A stretch of 63,836 nucleotides of DNA, taken from the NCBI GenBank assembly GCA_965140935.1, contig CBCSLL010000228.1, forward strand, positions 14,084 to 77,919, in the 5' to 3' direction. Below, in pieces: positions 38,620-51,200 of this stretch. Numbering within the stretch: the first letter of the stretch is position 1; each line of letters begins with the position of its first letter. The notes under the pieces were generated by a model. It did no database searches, was not told the DNA's origin, and saw nothing but the letters and a program-made list of their open reading frames with translations. Origin of the DNA: Rotaria magnacalcarata. Lineage: Eukaryota. The translations under genes were made by a program, and so were the position numbers.

Positions 38620-39950
38620 GCAATCAGTAGCTCATCTCAGAGGTGGGCAATTCAAGTCAAGTCATTATTGACTGACTTTGACTCGACTAGAGCAACTTTT
38701 TGATGATTCGAAGACTTGACTTGACTTGTAAATCGCTGGAAAATGCAAGTCAAGTCAGGTGTATTTCTGCAACTAAAATGGATATTAGGTTCATAAAGTG
38801 TAACGTTATTCATTTTGTTCTATAAGGAAATTCTTCTCTTTTTCCCATCAATACTGCACAGAAAATTGGTCATTCTTCGAGCGAAATATTATATCTGACT
38901 ACATTATTAGCAGTTAAATTCAACCAATGATAGGAGTTTAGGATGATTCATCGTATTAAACCAATTAAATTTATTCCAACATTTCTTGAGACTTAATATG
39001 AGTGAAAATATTTCACAAGGTGATGTTTATCTTCCAAATGGTTCTCCAGAGACGTGGGATTAAATATAAAGTATTGAACCAGTTGCAAAATATAGTTTTC
39101 ACAGTTCCCCCAACGTCATCACTTGCAGAAAGAATTTTCTCTCAAAGCGTTTTTACAATTCGACAACATAGATCAAGATAGTCAAGAAAGACATTAGAAT
39201 TGTTAAAATGTAGTCAGGAGCTAATGAAAAACATATTTTCAATAAACGGCTTGTCCACGTAACTGTCACCTTCGCTGCTGACGCTTTTGAAAAAATGTTT
39301 TTGCGAGATGAACCAATCTCGATACATCATTATATGTAGTTTTTCTCGCTGATTGAGAATCTAATATTCGTTCTTTAAAAAGATCGTTTTTTGGCAACCA
39401 TAACGGTGTTTTAAACTTTCGAAAAAGTGTATTTTTAATTTTTCAAGGGAAAAATGTTTTTGAAGAAGTCTGATTATTGTACCATTCGATGCAGAATTTG
39501 ATTCTCTACAAAATAGCCTATTTTTTAAACTTTCTTTCCCGAACACAACTTTTACATTGCTGTAGACTTGTCAACTTCCCATACTAATAACGAGTTTTCG
39601 CATCGTTGTAGCAACTTGATTTTTTGAACAGAGGTTACACGCAGACAAGGGACCAAGTGCTGTAAAAATTAGATCGATCTGAGCACGCTAAGTGACCCAA
39701 AATTGATCGACAAAAAAGGTGTCACAGCGTTACGCTTGGACAAGTAGTAAATTGATGTAGAGTTAAATTAAATTTTTTTAAAGCAATATCAAGTGAATGA
39801 CTTGACCCGAAAAAAGACTGATGACTCGAGACTCGACTGGGACTTGGGTATGACTGTGACTTGACTCAAGCGTCTCAATATTTTTGGGGATGACTGAACT
39901 TGACTTGGGTAAAAAGAACCTGACTCGCCCATCTCTGGCTCATTTCATAA
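38620..39950. mobile_element. Candidate non-autonomous TIR element (approx 1.3 kb) with long sub-terminal arrays of GACTTGACTTG / CAAGTCAAGTC motifs
   Basis: Left end 'CATCTCAGAGGTGGGCAATTCAAGTCAAGTCATTATTGACTGACTTTGACTCGACT...GACTTGACTTGACTTG...CAAGTCAAGTCAGG' (38625-38760). The right end (39790-39950) contains the complementary 'GACTTGACCCG...GACTCGAGACTCGACTGGGACTTGGG...GACTTGACTCAAG...GAACTTGACTTGGG...CCTGACTCGCCCATCTCTGGCTCAT', which reverse-complements to 'ATGAGCCAGAGATGGGCGAGTCAGG'. The interior has no long ORF. Confidence 0.4.
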
Positions 39951-40457
39951 AACAGTTTTTCAGTTTTCATTGTGTTAACACTCCTTTGCGAACTCTCACA
40001 ACATTCTCTTAAACTTTGCACATGAATATCTACTTCCGACGTTATTAAGTTTAACTTACACATTTCTTTGTTGTTCGCTGTTATTTGCAAAGGTCTCTAG
40101 ATTTCTATTTTCGAACATATAAGCTGACAAAAAAAAATGAAAGAAGCACACCGACAATTACACAAAAAGAAAAGAGGAAATGAGCGTGATTGAACAAATA
40201 GAATAACCACACAGACGTACAAATAAACAAAGAAAAAAAAAGAATGTCTACACTTATTTTTCATAAACATCTTTTTATTCTGTTTTATTTTCTAAATACA
40301 CAAGCTAGACGTTTTTTAGAAACAAACAAAGGACAATTTTTCATTATGCGTCATTCAATATGAACTATCGCGATAATATTTAGAAAAAAAATTTTTGCTT
40401 TTTTTTTATTGAGCTCCTTTTTTGGTAAAAGAAAATGAAAACAACAATTATGCAATT

Positions 40458-43400
40458 CTATGCAGCCGGTGACGGTAATGATTGTACCGAAGGCAAATCA
40501 CCATGAACACGAAATCGATATACACATGTATAATTTGGATTACCCCAATTGGATGTTACTCGAAGTTCAACATATTCGATCGTTTGAACATTTGCAGTCT
40601 AAATTTTTTGAGAAAAGAAAAAAATTATTTCAAACAAAAATACATAGAAAACAAACCTGAGGTTTAAATCGTTGAAGTGGTGGGCCATTCTCTGCATCAT
40701 AATAATATCGACCGAGAACCATACCTTCTTTATCATTTTTATCTTTCAAAGCCTAAAAAAGACAAAAGAAAATATGTCAACCATTCGTCTTTCCTAAACT
40801 ATCGGGAATCGTCATAGCTGATCTAAAAATGAAAAATTTGACGTCTTTTTCAATACTATCTAGTTTCAGCATAAGCATTTAACACAAGCCGGAATTTTTT
40901 TTTCTACTTCATAGCACTCTACTTACCTTATGAAATCAAAATTTCCTGTACATCAAACCTTCAAATCATTCTAACAAGAGAACCATACAAAACTGAAAGT
41001 CATGATGAGACGGCTAGAAGAAGTTTCATTTCTCTTTAATAAATCCTGCTCATCTTCGATAAATACACAATCATCTGTGCTATACAAATAATCAATTCTA
41101 CATATTGCCCTTTCCTCTAATAGCTTGAGCAAAATGTCACAGCCTTTTTAATGAGATTATACTTATCTGGAATTGCCATGCCTATTTAATACAAACGAAA
41201 TGCGTTGCGCTACTCATATTGAAGTATCTAGCTATGTATGACAACATGTCTAAATATCCTTTCGGGTTGAATTTATAGTCACTACTTTGCCTATGAATAC
41301 TCAGCACAAAAAATAGATAACAATTATTCTTGAATTTAACACGTTCACTGAACTTCGACTTACATAAACAGTAAAATTATTTGGTGCACTATTAATATGT
41401 CCAACAACTGAAATACTTTTCGATAAATGTTCGAGTACAAATTCAGTTGGTTTAACTGGTACAGCTAATTTAATAATAACACTTCCTTGGTCACCTTTAA
41501 ATGGAAAACATTGACCAGGCATACGGCCAGCCTAAAGAAAACGAATATTCACATAATTAAAACTCCGACAATGTAACAAAACATACTTTAATCATAATAT
41601 CTGGTTGTTTTGACATGTGCACTATTGGAATACCAAGAAATTTCACAACGTGTTGACGTGGTTCATCTGTATATTCAGTACATCTTGTATCAACAACTTT
41701 TCCACCTAGAGGAGAATAAAATTGTTTTATTGGTTATCTATTTTTATTTTCAATATTATTTACCATTAGCTTCAAGGGCATAATCAGCTTGGCCAGTTTC
41801 ATCCGCAGAATATTCAACAAGTAACTGTCGAACAAGCTAAATAAACACAAATTGGAAATTAATAAAACTCCTAAGATAATTTTACTACTTACAGCTTCTA
41901 ATTCTTGCTGTTGATCAGGTTTTAACGCATTTCGACTGCCAAAAAATTTGTCTTTTTCACGTTTAAATTCTTCAATCAAATCGTTAACCTTTTGAACGCT
42001 GGCATCGAAATTTTCTTTTGCATTTTCTTTTGTTGTCCCAACAATACTCGTCACACTACGTTTGATTCTGATATATTGTCGATAAAATCCTTTTCTAGTA
42101 TTAGAATAAAGACCACCCAAGAAGTTAATTATGGACTTTTGGATATTAACTAGTGATTGATAACATTTTTTAAAACAATCAATACTACATTTAAAAGTAT
42201 TTTCTCGGAGAAAAGTTATGGATTTATCTATTTGCGTATTTCTATATTTTTGAAATGCACGACATTGTTGATAAGCTTTGGATTGAGGATAATGTTCCAA
42301 TGATTTGCATGCCAAATTAGGAACTAAAACAAAAAAAAAATGATGAGTCACACCACAAAGGTCTTTCTGTACATATTCATAAAACGCACAAGTCTCTACC
42401 TATATGTAACAAACGAGTAGAATTACTTACGGAAGTAAACGCCAAGCAAGAGAAGAAGTGGAATGAGTAACCACCATGGTAAACTAAATAGTGTACTGCA
42501 TAGAAATTTGAATAGTTTAATTGGTAGAAGAATAAGATTTTTTGTTAAATTAAAGAATTCATTTTCTTGCTGTTCTTCAAGTTTTTCATCTATGACTTCT
42601 TTTTCTTCACTAGGCGTTTCTTCTTGGCCATCTTGACTTTTACGGTCTTTACGTTGTTTAGTTGTTTTACGTTCTTCTAATTGTTCACTCTCAATATCAC
42701 GTGGCGTTGAATGAACAGGAGCACGTCGACGAAGATTATAACCTGTTGTTTGACCGTTAACTGATGATTGAGATGATGTACGAGAAAATCTTGTTGTACG
42801 TTGAGTTGTCGGCGAATTGAGAAGTGTTGATGCTGTTGCTGTTTCTGTTTCTAATTCTTGATTTGTATGATGTGTTAAACGATCACGAATAGCTGAATAG
42901 CCGTTAGCTAGGTGTGAACGAACATTTGAAATAAATCGTGTTGGTGATGAAAACAACGAATTTGTTGAAGTAAAACTTGATGAACCATATGAACGGCCGT
43001 CACCATGCAAATCACGACGAGCCATAACTGGAACACTGTAAGCGCCATGTTCCGTCACAGGCATATAAGAAACACTAAATTAAATAAAAGCAATTTTACA
43101 CGATAACGATCTTATTATGCATTTGTATTATTATCATTTTCACTTACTAAATAGCCGAATCACACGATTCAATATAAAGGATAAAATCACTCGCAAGTCC
43201 CACTCATTGAATACGAAAGCTCACACTCGGTGTCGCTACTCTGATGTGATCAAAAGCAAGTAATTGACAACGGACCATTTCTTCGCTGCTCTGATCAATC
43301 GAGACAATATACGAAACAACTCAATTCTAGGCTTGATAATTGTAACCTATACTTTCTCGTTGATAAAATTTTCAAGCTCGATACATAATATAGACCTTCA

Positions 43401-44367
43401 GACCTAGCAGTGGTTTCGATTCCACCATAGAAAAAACTCCTTTATGGAAGAGATAAAATCAGCTTAATATAGTTCTATAGAAAAAGGAATTTTCATGTGC
43501 TCATTATAACCTCACTATCGAGACCTTCGAATACGCACTCGAATAGCGTTCATTACTCGCTCTCGTAAATCAAGTTCATTTATTGTGTAACAGCGTTCAA
43601 AAAAATATCTTATCGCTTATACTGTCGGAGGTTATAAATTTTAACTACTCCTTTTTCTTATCTTAATTCCATTCTTTACTAATCATACTTCTTTTTCTTT
43701 TGTTTCAAGGTCATGCAACATACTTATTCACATTACAAAACAACAAAACCACCTGAAGACATTTAACTGCTTCAAGCTGCATTTTTAGCTTTCATATTGA
43801 AAATTGATTTTTTTTCTTCTTCTTTTGGTGAAATAATGTTTCGTTCATCAAATAGTGTTTCACGGAATGACGGAACGATATTTCTTTCGCAAACGTACTA
43901 GCACACGTCTTAACACCAAGGATCAGTCTATTTACTCAATCTCAAGTGTCACTTCTTTTTATATAAATAGAAAATTAAATGAACCGATTCATTTAAATCA
44001 AACAAACTGAACACGTCATTGAATATTTTAATGGTAGTTTACACACAACCGTGCTTACCTGTGAGCATATGTATAAGTTGTCGGTGGGAGTCCACTGTAA
44101 AAAACAAGACAAACTTTAGCATAGGGAAAATTTCCAAAAAGAAAGAAATACATACTCTGTAGGTGATCTCGTATTTTCAAGTATATCATAAACACTTCGA
44201 CTCCCAGTAGAAGTTGATCCTACTCGTCGTTTGGTCATTGTATCTGTTCGTACTTCAGTTTCAATAAACATGGCTCGACGAGATGATGTTGTTATTGAAG
44301 AGTTCGAGCCTGATGCTGTTGGTCTACTTGTATCAATAAGATCATCATCAATAATTATATCTGTCAT
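40458..44367 (-). CDS. SUN (Sad1/UNC-84) domain nuclear-envelope protein; confident core 40458-43064 (stop TAG 40458-40460); tentative 5' exon 44138-44367
   Basis: C-terminal SUN-domain exons: 'PGQCFPFKGDQGSVIIKLAVPVKPTEFVLEHLSKSISVVGHINSAPNNFTVY', 'GGKVVDTRCTEYTDEPRQHVVKFLGIPIVHMSKQPDIMI', 'ALKDKNDKEGMVLGRYYYDAENGPPLQRFKPQ', 'TANVQTIEYVELRVTSNWGNPNYTCVYRFRVHGDLPS*'. Upstream are a coiled-coil exon (41734-42351) and a TM segment 'LFSLPWWLLIPLLLLLGVYF' within a Ser/Thr/Arg-rich nucleoplasmic exon (42423-43064). A candidate first exon (MTDIIIDDD...) can be joined in frame: donor GA|GTATGT near 44138, acceptor TTTAG near 43086. Confidence 0.7.
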
Positions 44368-44604
44368 AGTTGATGTTGTTTTTCCTCTTTAGTCTATTTA
44401 ATAAAGAACAGATCTGAAATGGAGAAGAAGTAAGAGAATAAGAAGAAAAAAAAACTATATGTTGTATATCTCGATGCATTCTGTGTTTAACGTGACCTAT
44501 GTATGAAACAAAGTCAGTCACTACTATGAACAAAGTTCGACCGATTCGATCATGACGATAGATTAGAAGCTGACGGAAAAGAACGAAAGAAGAAAAGGAA
44601 AGCA

Positions 44605-44607
<3 letters not shown>

Positions 44608-44640
<33 letters not shown>
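44608..44640. repeat. (CT)n microsatellite, approx 15 units, in the 278-bp spacer between exostosin stop and the candidate SUN start
   Basis: 'CTCTCTCTCTCTCTCTCTCTCTCTCTCTCGCTTTCG'. Confidence 0.85.
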
Positions 44641-44644
44641 TTCG

Positions 44645-47600
44645 TTAACTAGGAAGAGAAGAGATAAAACGATCATTTAGAATATCAAGTGTAGTTAATA
44701 TAATTCGTGGTATTGATGAAAAATATTTTAACCATATATCAATACATTCTTTTTGCATTTGAATACGTTGTTGTTTACCGATCTTTTTCAAATAATATGG
44801 TAATAGACTTAATGGTGAATTGGAATAGACGATGATTGATTGTGACCAATTGATTATTTCACTAAATGGCAGGATTACGAATTCATTGTCGTTTGTTGTT
44901 ATCACAGGTATACAACCATATTGTAATACTTCAAGAAAACGATACGAATATAAACGACGCCCACTTGGTACAAGACAAAAATAAGATTGACGAAGAAGTT
45001 CAGTATATTCGTGTTGATCATAGGAACTTGTATTATCAGTATATTTGATGATAATATCGTGATTATTGTTTAAATGACGGAAAAATGTACGATGATGTTG
45101 AACATCTTCATAGCTTTTACCTTTAAATGAAAGTAGAATTGTTCGGGTAGATGAAAATTTATTTGTGAGATTCGATGGATAATCAGAATGAAACAATGGA
45201 AATGTTACGTGTGATAAACAATTATAGTTAGCAGTAGTCAAACTAGTTAATGCCAGAATATGACGAGATGGTAATGTGAAATCTAGGGTACGTCGATACA
45301 GTGGCCATGTTCCTATAAGAGAATGGTGTAATTAATTTTCTGTTTCTTATTGAAAAATAAATTGTTCGGAAATGATATCATCAAAGCGGAATGTCCGCGA
45401 GAGATTAAAAATGTTGCTGCCGGTCTTAATTGCTCGTAGAAACCGTTAGGTGCTTACTAATGATGTGTTCGATACATTTTTATGACCATACAAAATACAA
45501 TATGGTGCAGGTGCGATAAGAACGACTTTTTGATCATAACAAATAGTTTACCGCCTGAGTCGATTCTGCGATAGTGCCTGTCAAATTGATTATTTGTTAA
45601 TCAAATGAAGAAACAATCGTCAATAATCAGGAGCATAGAGAAGGATACTTGCTGCGATACTCATAGGTTTGAATGCGCGGAAATTCGGTGTAAAAACAAT
45701 GTGAATAGAATGAAAGAATAGGCCATTTGAAAACGATCAAGTTTCATTTGAATAACTGATTTATTTGTTCATTTTTTATATGTGTTGACCTTTAGATTTA
45801 GTACTGTTGTAAGAAATTTGCACATTCATTTTCGAGATAAGAGCTTTCACAGAATTCGATGATCAAGTGAGATGAGATTAGCGGAAGGATAAAATCAGAA
45901 GAAGTCTAACAATAACTACTTGATATGATGTGTCGTGAATAAATTAAAATTTTTTTTCACCTGCAACTGTCATCGGTACGTGCAAAACTGAAGTCATTGT
46001 TGTGATGTTCATTGACTAATTTCGTGTGTATGTGACAGTATTCTCTCGACATGCCTTACGGACAAGTCACTCAATATGGAGATAGTATCACTGTTTATAC
46101 GTTTGAATAAACACGAAGTACATCTGAACATACAGCTCACAGTGGGATTCATTTCAATTGTTTGCGTTCGCATCCTTCATTATTCCGTTATCGTGTATGT
46201 CAACAAACACGTCGATTCTACGTGCAGGTGCAACACGAAAGAAATTCTTAGACATTGTACAAAAACAATAATTCTATTTGCTGAGAAAATTTCAAACTGT
46301 TTTTAATGATCTACTCAGTTAGTCTCGTGAGTCAGAGTATCGGTCAACAATGATATGTATCAATGTTTATTTGACAGTTTTGTCGACGAGGGATGACAGA
46401 AATGATGTATCTAAGGTGACACGTGCATACAGAGAAAAACAAATTTGTCTTTCTTAATATCGAATTACTCGGTTTGTATGAACACGTTCTTAATCTAACT
46501 AACGCATGTGAATAGGGTTGAAGAATGTGTACGAACTATAATTTATTTGAAGTCAATGCTTAATTATGGAACATTTTGCTCAGAAATAATAAGCCGAGTG
46601 AGCCATATGAGACGAAATATTTGATTTCTTTTCTAGTTGTTACTCTAGCCCATGCTACCGGACTGTTTTACTCATGAGGCACAAGCAAGTCAAGATTAAC
46701 TGCTTCCATACGTTGAATTGCATAGGTCAAAAATGTTATTTTGTTCAATAGATCATATCAACTGCTTCGAAGAAAAGAAAATAGCCATAAGTCAATTGTG
46801 ATCTAATAGGATAAGAAATAGATGTCAACCTTAGCATTTCTCTTCTCCTCGGTTAAATAAATACCAATCTATAAGTTGAAAAAAGTCTCTCTCTCTCTCT
46901 AATATTTAAATTTTCTTGAACAAATTATGTCTGATAGAGCTTTAGTTATTTACTGGTGGGGAAAGGACGTTACGATCTTAATCAAACAATAGATGATAAG
47001 AACCACGCACCGCCACTAATGTCTATTAAATAAATATTTAATGCGGAAATCTCGAGTGTCCACTTTCATCATTATTCACTTTGAATAAGTTACTTTCTAC
47101 TATAGGAAGTGCCATACAGAATCCATGATCTCATCATCCTGATTTTCATTTCCTCCAAGAAAAATCCGTTAGTCTCCCCATCAAAGAATTGGATTAGATA
47201 TTCTATTGTTTTTCTCTTCATATGAATTTGACGACATGATTTACGGCCATGTCCAATGATTTTCTCATTACAGTCTATGCAAATTGAAGGGAAATAAATG
47301 AACTACCTGTGTAATGATTGAATATCAAATGAATTTTATTCGGATCGGACCATTCACGAAAAAAATTCAAACGTTGTTCAATAAAATATGTATAATAACC
47401 ATTCTTCGATCGACGATCTCGATCGATAGTATCAACAGGTGCTATATGTATGCAAGCTGACGTTGAATCATTAGTATAATACGATGAAGTTCGAATTGTA
47501 TCGAGTATAGTTGTAAAAACAGGCGAACGTACGTATGATAGATTCGGATATTGAATATTTTCATCAATATGTATAGAAAATCGTGTAATATTATTTGGAC

Positions 47601-47817
47601 ATTTTAATTTTTTTGTACAATTTAAAATCGTACTGAGATTGTCATTGGAAGATAATGAAAGAAATCGTTCTATTTCAGGTGACTCAGAAATGAGTTGAAG
47701 AATAAGTGTAAACTGTACAAAACATAGAACAAAACATATAACAACAAGAAAAGCTACCCGTTGAGAGAGATGAGAAAGTATTGAAAATGATTTTATCATT
47801 GTGTAATAACAGTTCAC
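44645..47817 (-). CDS. Exostosin-like glycosyltransferase (EXT1/EXT2 family, GT47 exostosin domain); type-II signal anchor at N-terminus; exon blocks approx 47275-47817, several small exons 45250-47270, 44645-45241
   Basis: N-terminal exon: 'MIKSFSILSHLSQRVAFLVVICFVLCFVQFTLIL' (signal anchor) ... 'SSYYTNDSTSACIHIAPVDTIDRDR...GYYTYFIEQRLNFFREWSDPNKIHLIFNHYTG'. This parallels EXT1 '[25 protein letters not shown]...HLIFNLYSG'. The 3' block, 'YFCLVPSGRRLYSYRFLEVLQYGCIPVITTNDNEFVILPFSEIINWSQSIIV...IDIWLKYFSSIPRIILTTLDILNDR', parallels EXT1 '[48 protein letters not shown]...[24 protein letters not shown]'. No GT64 (C-terminal GlcNAc-transferase) domain was seen before the stop at 44645. Confidence 0.8.
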
Positions 47818-48240
47818 TCTAACAGATGTTACTAATACTTGTCGATCGATTGACTACAGAAAATGACAGACAAAGTAAATGCCAACCAATTCTCACTTTG
47901 AGGTTTGTCCTCTAGCGTCTGAATATATTTATGCGAAGTTAGCGATTGCTGACAACTAGCGACCTCACTAAATCAGAGAACTTACTGTTTATATAAAACA
48001 GAAATCAAGTTTTTTGGAATTTATTATTAAGAATCAATGACGGAAAATTTAAAAACAGAGAAAATGTTAAATATAAGTTATATCTGATCCGCTGGGAGCA
48101 ATTAATTTTTTTGAAGTATGCAGACTTTGTTTTTGTATCAACGTGTTGAGTCATTCATATGAGACGACATAATCTTAAGTCTATATCAATTATGGAAAGA
48201 AGATCGTTCGAAAGAACGTAAAGTTTTTTCTTGTATCATA

Positions 48241-51200
48241 ATGCATTCGAATGCACAAGGTCGTCGACTGGTAAGTAGAAGTCTAATGTGGATCATAGAA
48301 GTATGTTGTTTTGGAATATATATTTAAAAGAAGTAATTCGTTTATTTGGATTGGAGAGAAATAGACCACTTATAAATAGAACGAGAAACTGATTGAAAAA
48401 TATTCAATATTTAAATCAATAATCCAATGTAGAATTATCTATTTATTGGTATTAAATGCATTAACCCAGAAAGAAAAGCGATGATATTATTGCTAAATCA
48501 GAATATCGGCTATGTTCATCCTATGAAATAGTTTTAATTAAGCATTCTTACAGTAATGTCAAGGTTAAATTTGAAGAGCGGTCGATATAAGTTGAATAAT
48601 TCAGATGCAAATAACTGCCAATAGTCATGCAAGAAAAATTGATCGAATAAATACGAAATTATGTTTGCTTAATATCGCGGTGAAAAGATCGTCACTTGGA
48701 CGATAGATTTGCAGCACTTCACTCGAAATAGGACACCGTCTTTATTCATAATTGACTTGCGGAATAATTTTATTGAATTTGAGTCACGGACAAAAGATGT
48801 CCGGAATTTTGCTTCTGATTGATGATCATCAACGAATGCTTTTGTCGAGCGATGGAGCCGTTATCCACTTTCCACTCAATTCTTGGACAGACATACATAT
48901 TCTATTATGAATTGTAATATATACTGATTAAAATTTCTACTAGTAGAAAGATGAATTGATCAGCAGGAGGTCTTTTATAATATTCGGCACATCGTATCTC
49001 CTAAGGAGGTCCTCTATTGTTTGAATTTTAATAGAAAAAAAAACTAGCTTGAGTCAAAAAGTGTGATGATATTATATTAAAATTGATTCTAATGGGAAAA
49101 TTGGAGTGAGATTAAAACGAAAAAAGTTGTTTTTCTTTCTAGAACACGCCCACGTCATTTAATGACACCTTGAAAATAGAATCGTTACAGATAAAAACCA
49201 ATGCAGCTTAAATCGGGTTTCTGAGTGAGCTAAAGGAGCTATCACTTCATAACTTATCTATAATCTATTGAACACTTTGTTGTCGATGAACTTGCAAGAT
49301 AAGGATCAGTAGTCGATTTCTGTGCTTATTCCATGATGCAAAATTATAATTGCTAAGATATTACTAAAGCAGTCTAGGTGAGTCTGAAATCCTCTGGCGA
49401 GGGTTGTATGTCCTCTAGTTCAGTGACTAAACGTGACTGTAATCAAACACGAACTGGAAGATTGACAAGATAATTAATTTTGAATTTTTTGTTTTTAGCG
49501 TAATCGTGTCAAGAAGAATTACGTAGACGATGATAATGATGATTTCTTTGAAGAAGTTTTTGAAAGACCGCAACGATGGCAGATTGCAGACAAATTAAAC
49601 GCTCCAGATAAGTATCAAGGCAAATTTGTCGAAGAACTCACAGCTAATGGTTTGTATTTGTTCACAATTTTACTGTAAATACTTATAGATGGAATCCGTT
49701 TTCAATTAGACCGATGCTTTAGAAAGTTGTATGCAAAATTTTCCAGTTGTAAATAAGCTATGTTTACTTGAGGATTTCAGAAGAGTTTCTAAAGATTAGA
49801 ATTTTTTCGATAACTTCGAAATCACGTTTAAATACGTAGCATAATAGAAATATATCGGATCAGAAGTAAGTACGTTTCTCTTCCTTGAAATCCTACGAGT
49901 GCATCGTATATGAGAAGCATTCATAGTAGCAGTTTTAGTTGAAATCCCATTTTCGCACTGCAATCCTTCCAGTAGGACACATTCTTCTCAGGTGTATGGA
50001 CAAAGCGGAACATGTACGAGATCTTATCTTATGTACTTTTCGGTAGCTAAGGCTTCCTCCAGTCCGCTTTTCTTTTAAATGAAAACAAAAAACAGTATAC
50101 CGTAAACAATGTTCGGACAAATCTTTTTTTTTCTATGAACTTAGAATTCAATTTATCCTATGTTCAACGTACCGGTTTTCCAAATCCGATTGTGATAAAA
50201 CAGCATCGTGGATTAGGTCTTCGTGTGCCAACATCAAAGTTTACCGTTCACGATGTTCGTACATGCGTCGGTTCTCAACGTCTTATCGACGTTGTTCATG
50301 TTGATACGCAACAATCATCTCAAATGACAATGAAATCTTGGACAGATTATTATGATCAACCATCAGAAAAACGAACTCGATTATTAAATGTTATTTCACT
50401 TGAATTTAGTCATACAAAACTTGAACGATATGTTGAATCACCGTCTATTGTAAATTAGAATTGAATTTTCAGCTTTTTTTTCTGTGATTTATTTCTTTAG
50501 GTGCGCGAAATAGATTGGGTATCAAATGCTTGGCCTCAAGATTGGCAAGATATTCAAGCTGAATATCAACATAATCTCAAACAAGAACATATGTATTATC
50601 CAAAAACTCGAAAGTAAAATAAAAATCTATTTTGAGAAGAAAACAACTGAAATCCAATATTTATTTTTCAGATATGCTCTCATGTCAGTTGCGAAATGTT
50701 TTACTGACTTTCATATTGATATGGGTAATAATGAGGGGGAGGGAATTGACTGAAATAAATAAATCAACTTAAATTATTTGTTCTGTTAAGGCGGATCTTC
50801 GGTTTGGTACCATTTACTTAAAGGAAAGAAAGTCTTCTGGTTAATTCCACCAACTGAATCTTATTTACGTTTATATGAAGAATGGATTTTATCTCGACAG
50901 CAAAATGAATGTTTTTTTGCTGATTTATGTGCTTCAAATGATTGTCAAATGATTGTTCTCGAACCTGATTGGACATTTTTTTTACCATCAGGCTGGATTC
51001 ACGCTGTATATACAGTGGAAGATTCTCTTGTTTTCGGTGGAAACTTCTTAAATTCTTTTAAAATTCCAATGCAAATACAAGTTTGGATGATTGAAAGAAA
51101 AGTTCGAATACCCGATCGATTTCGATATCCATATTTTATTGAAACTATGTGGTATGTCATTGAACGTTATGTACAGTGTCTAACTGGTGTGACACATATT

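Noticed and set aside
40460-40667. Plus-strand ORFs 40460-40660 and 40482-40667
   Set aside because: They are opposite-strand shadows of the last SUN-domain exon, which translates convincingly on the minus strand (NWGNPNYTCVYRFRVHG).
44116-44605. ORF 44348-44605 (-) as an additional SUN or exostosin exon
   Set aside because: It is in a different frame from the candidate SUN first exon. It is basic and low-complexity, with no motif. No donor/acceptor pair links it in frame to either neighbouring gene.
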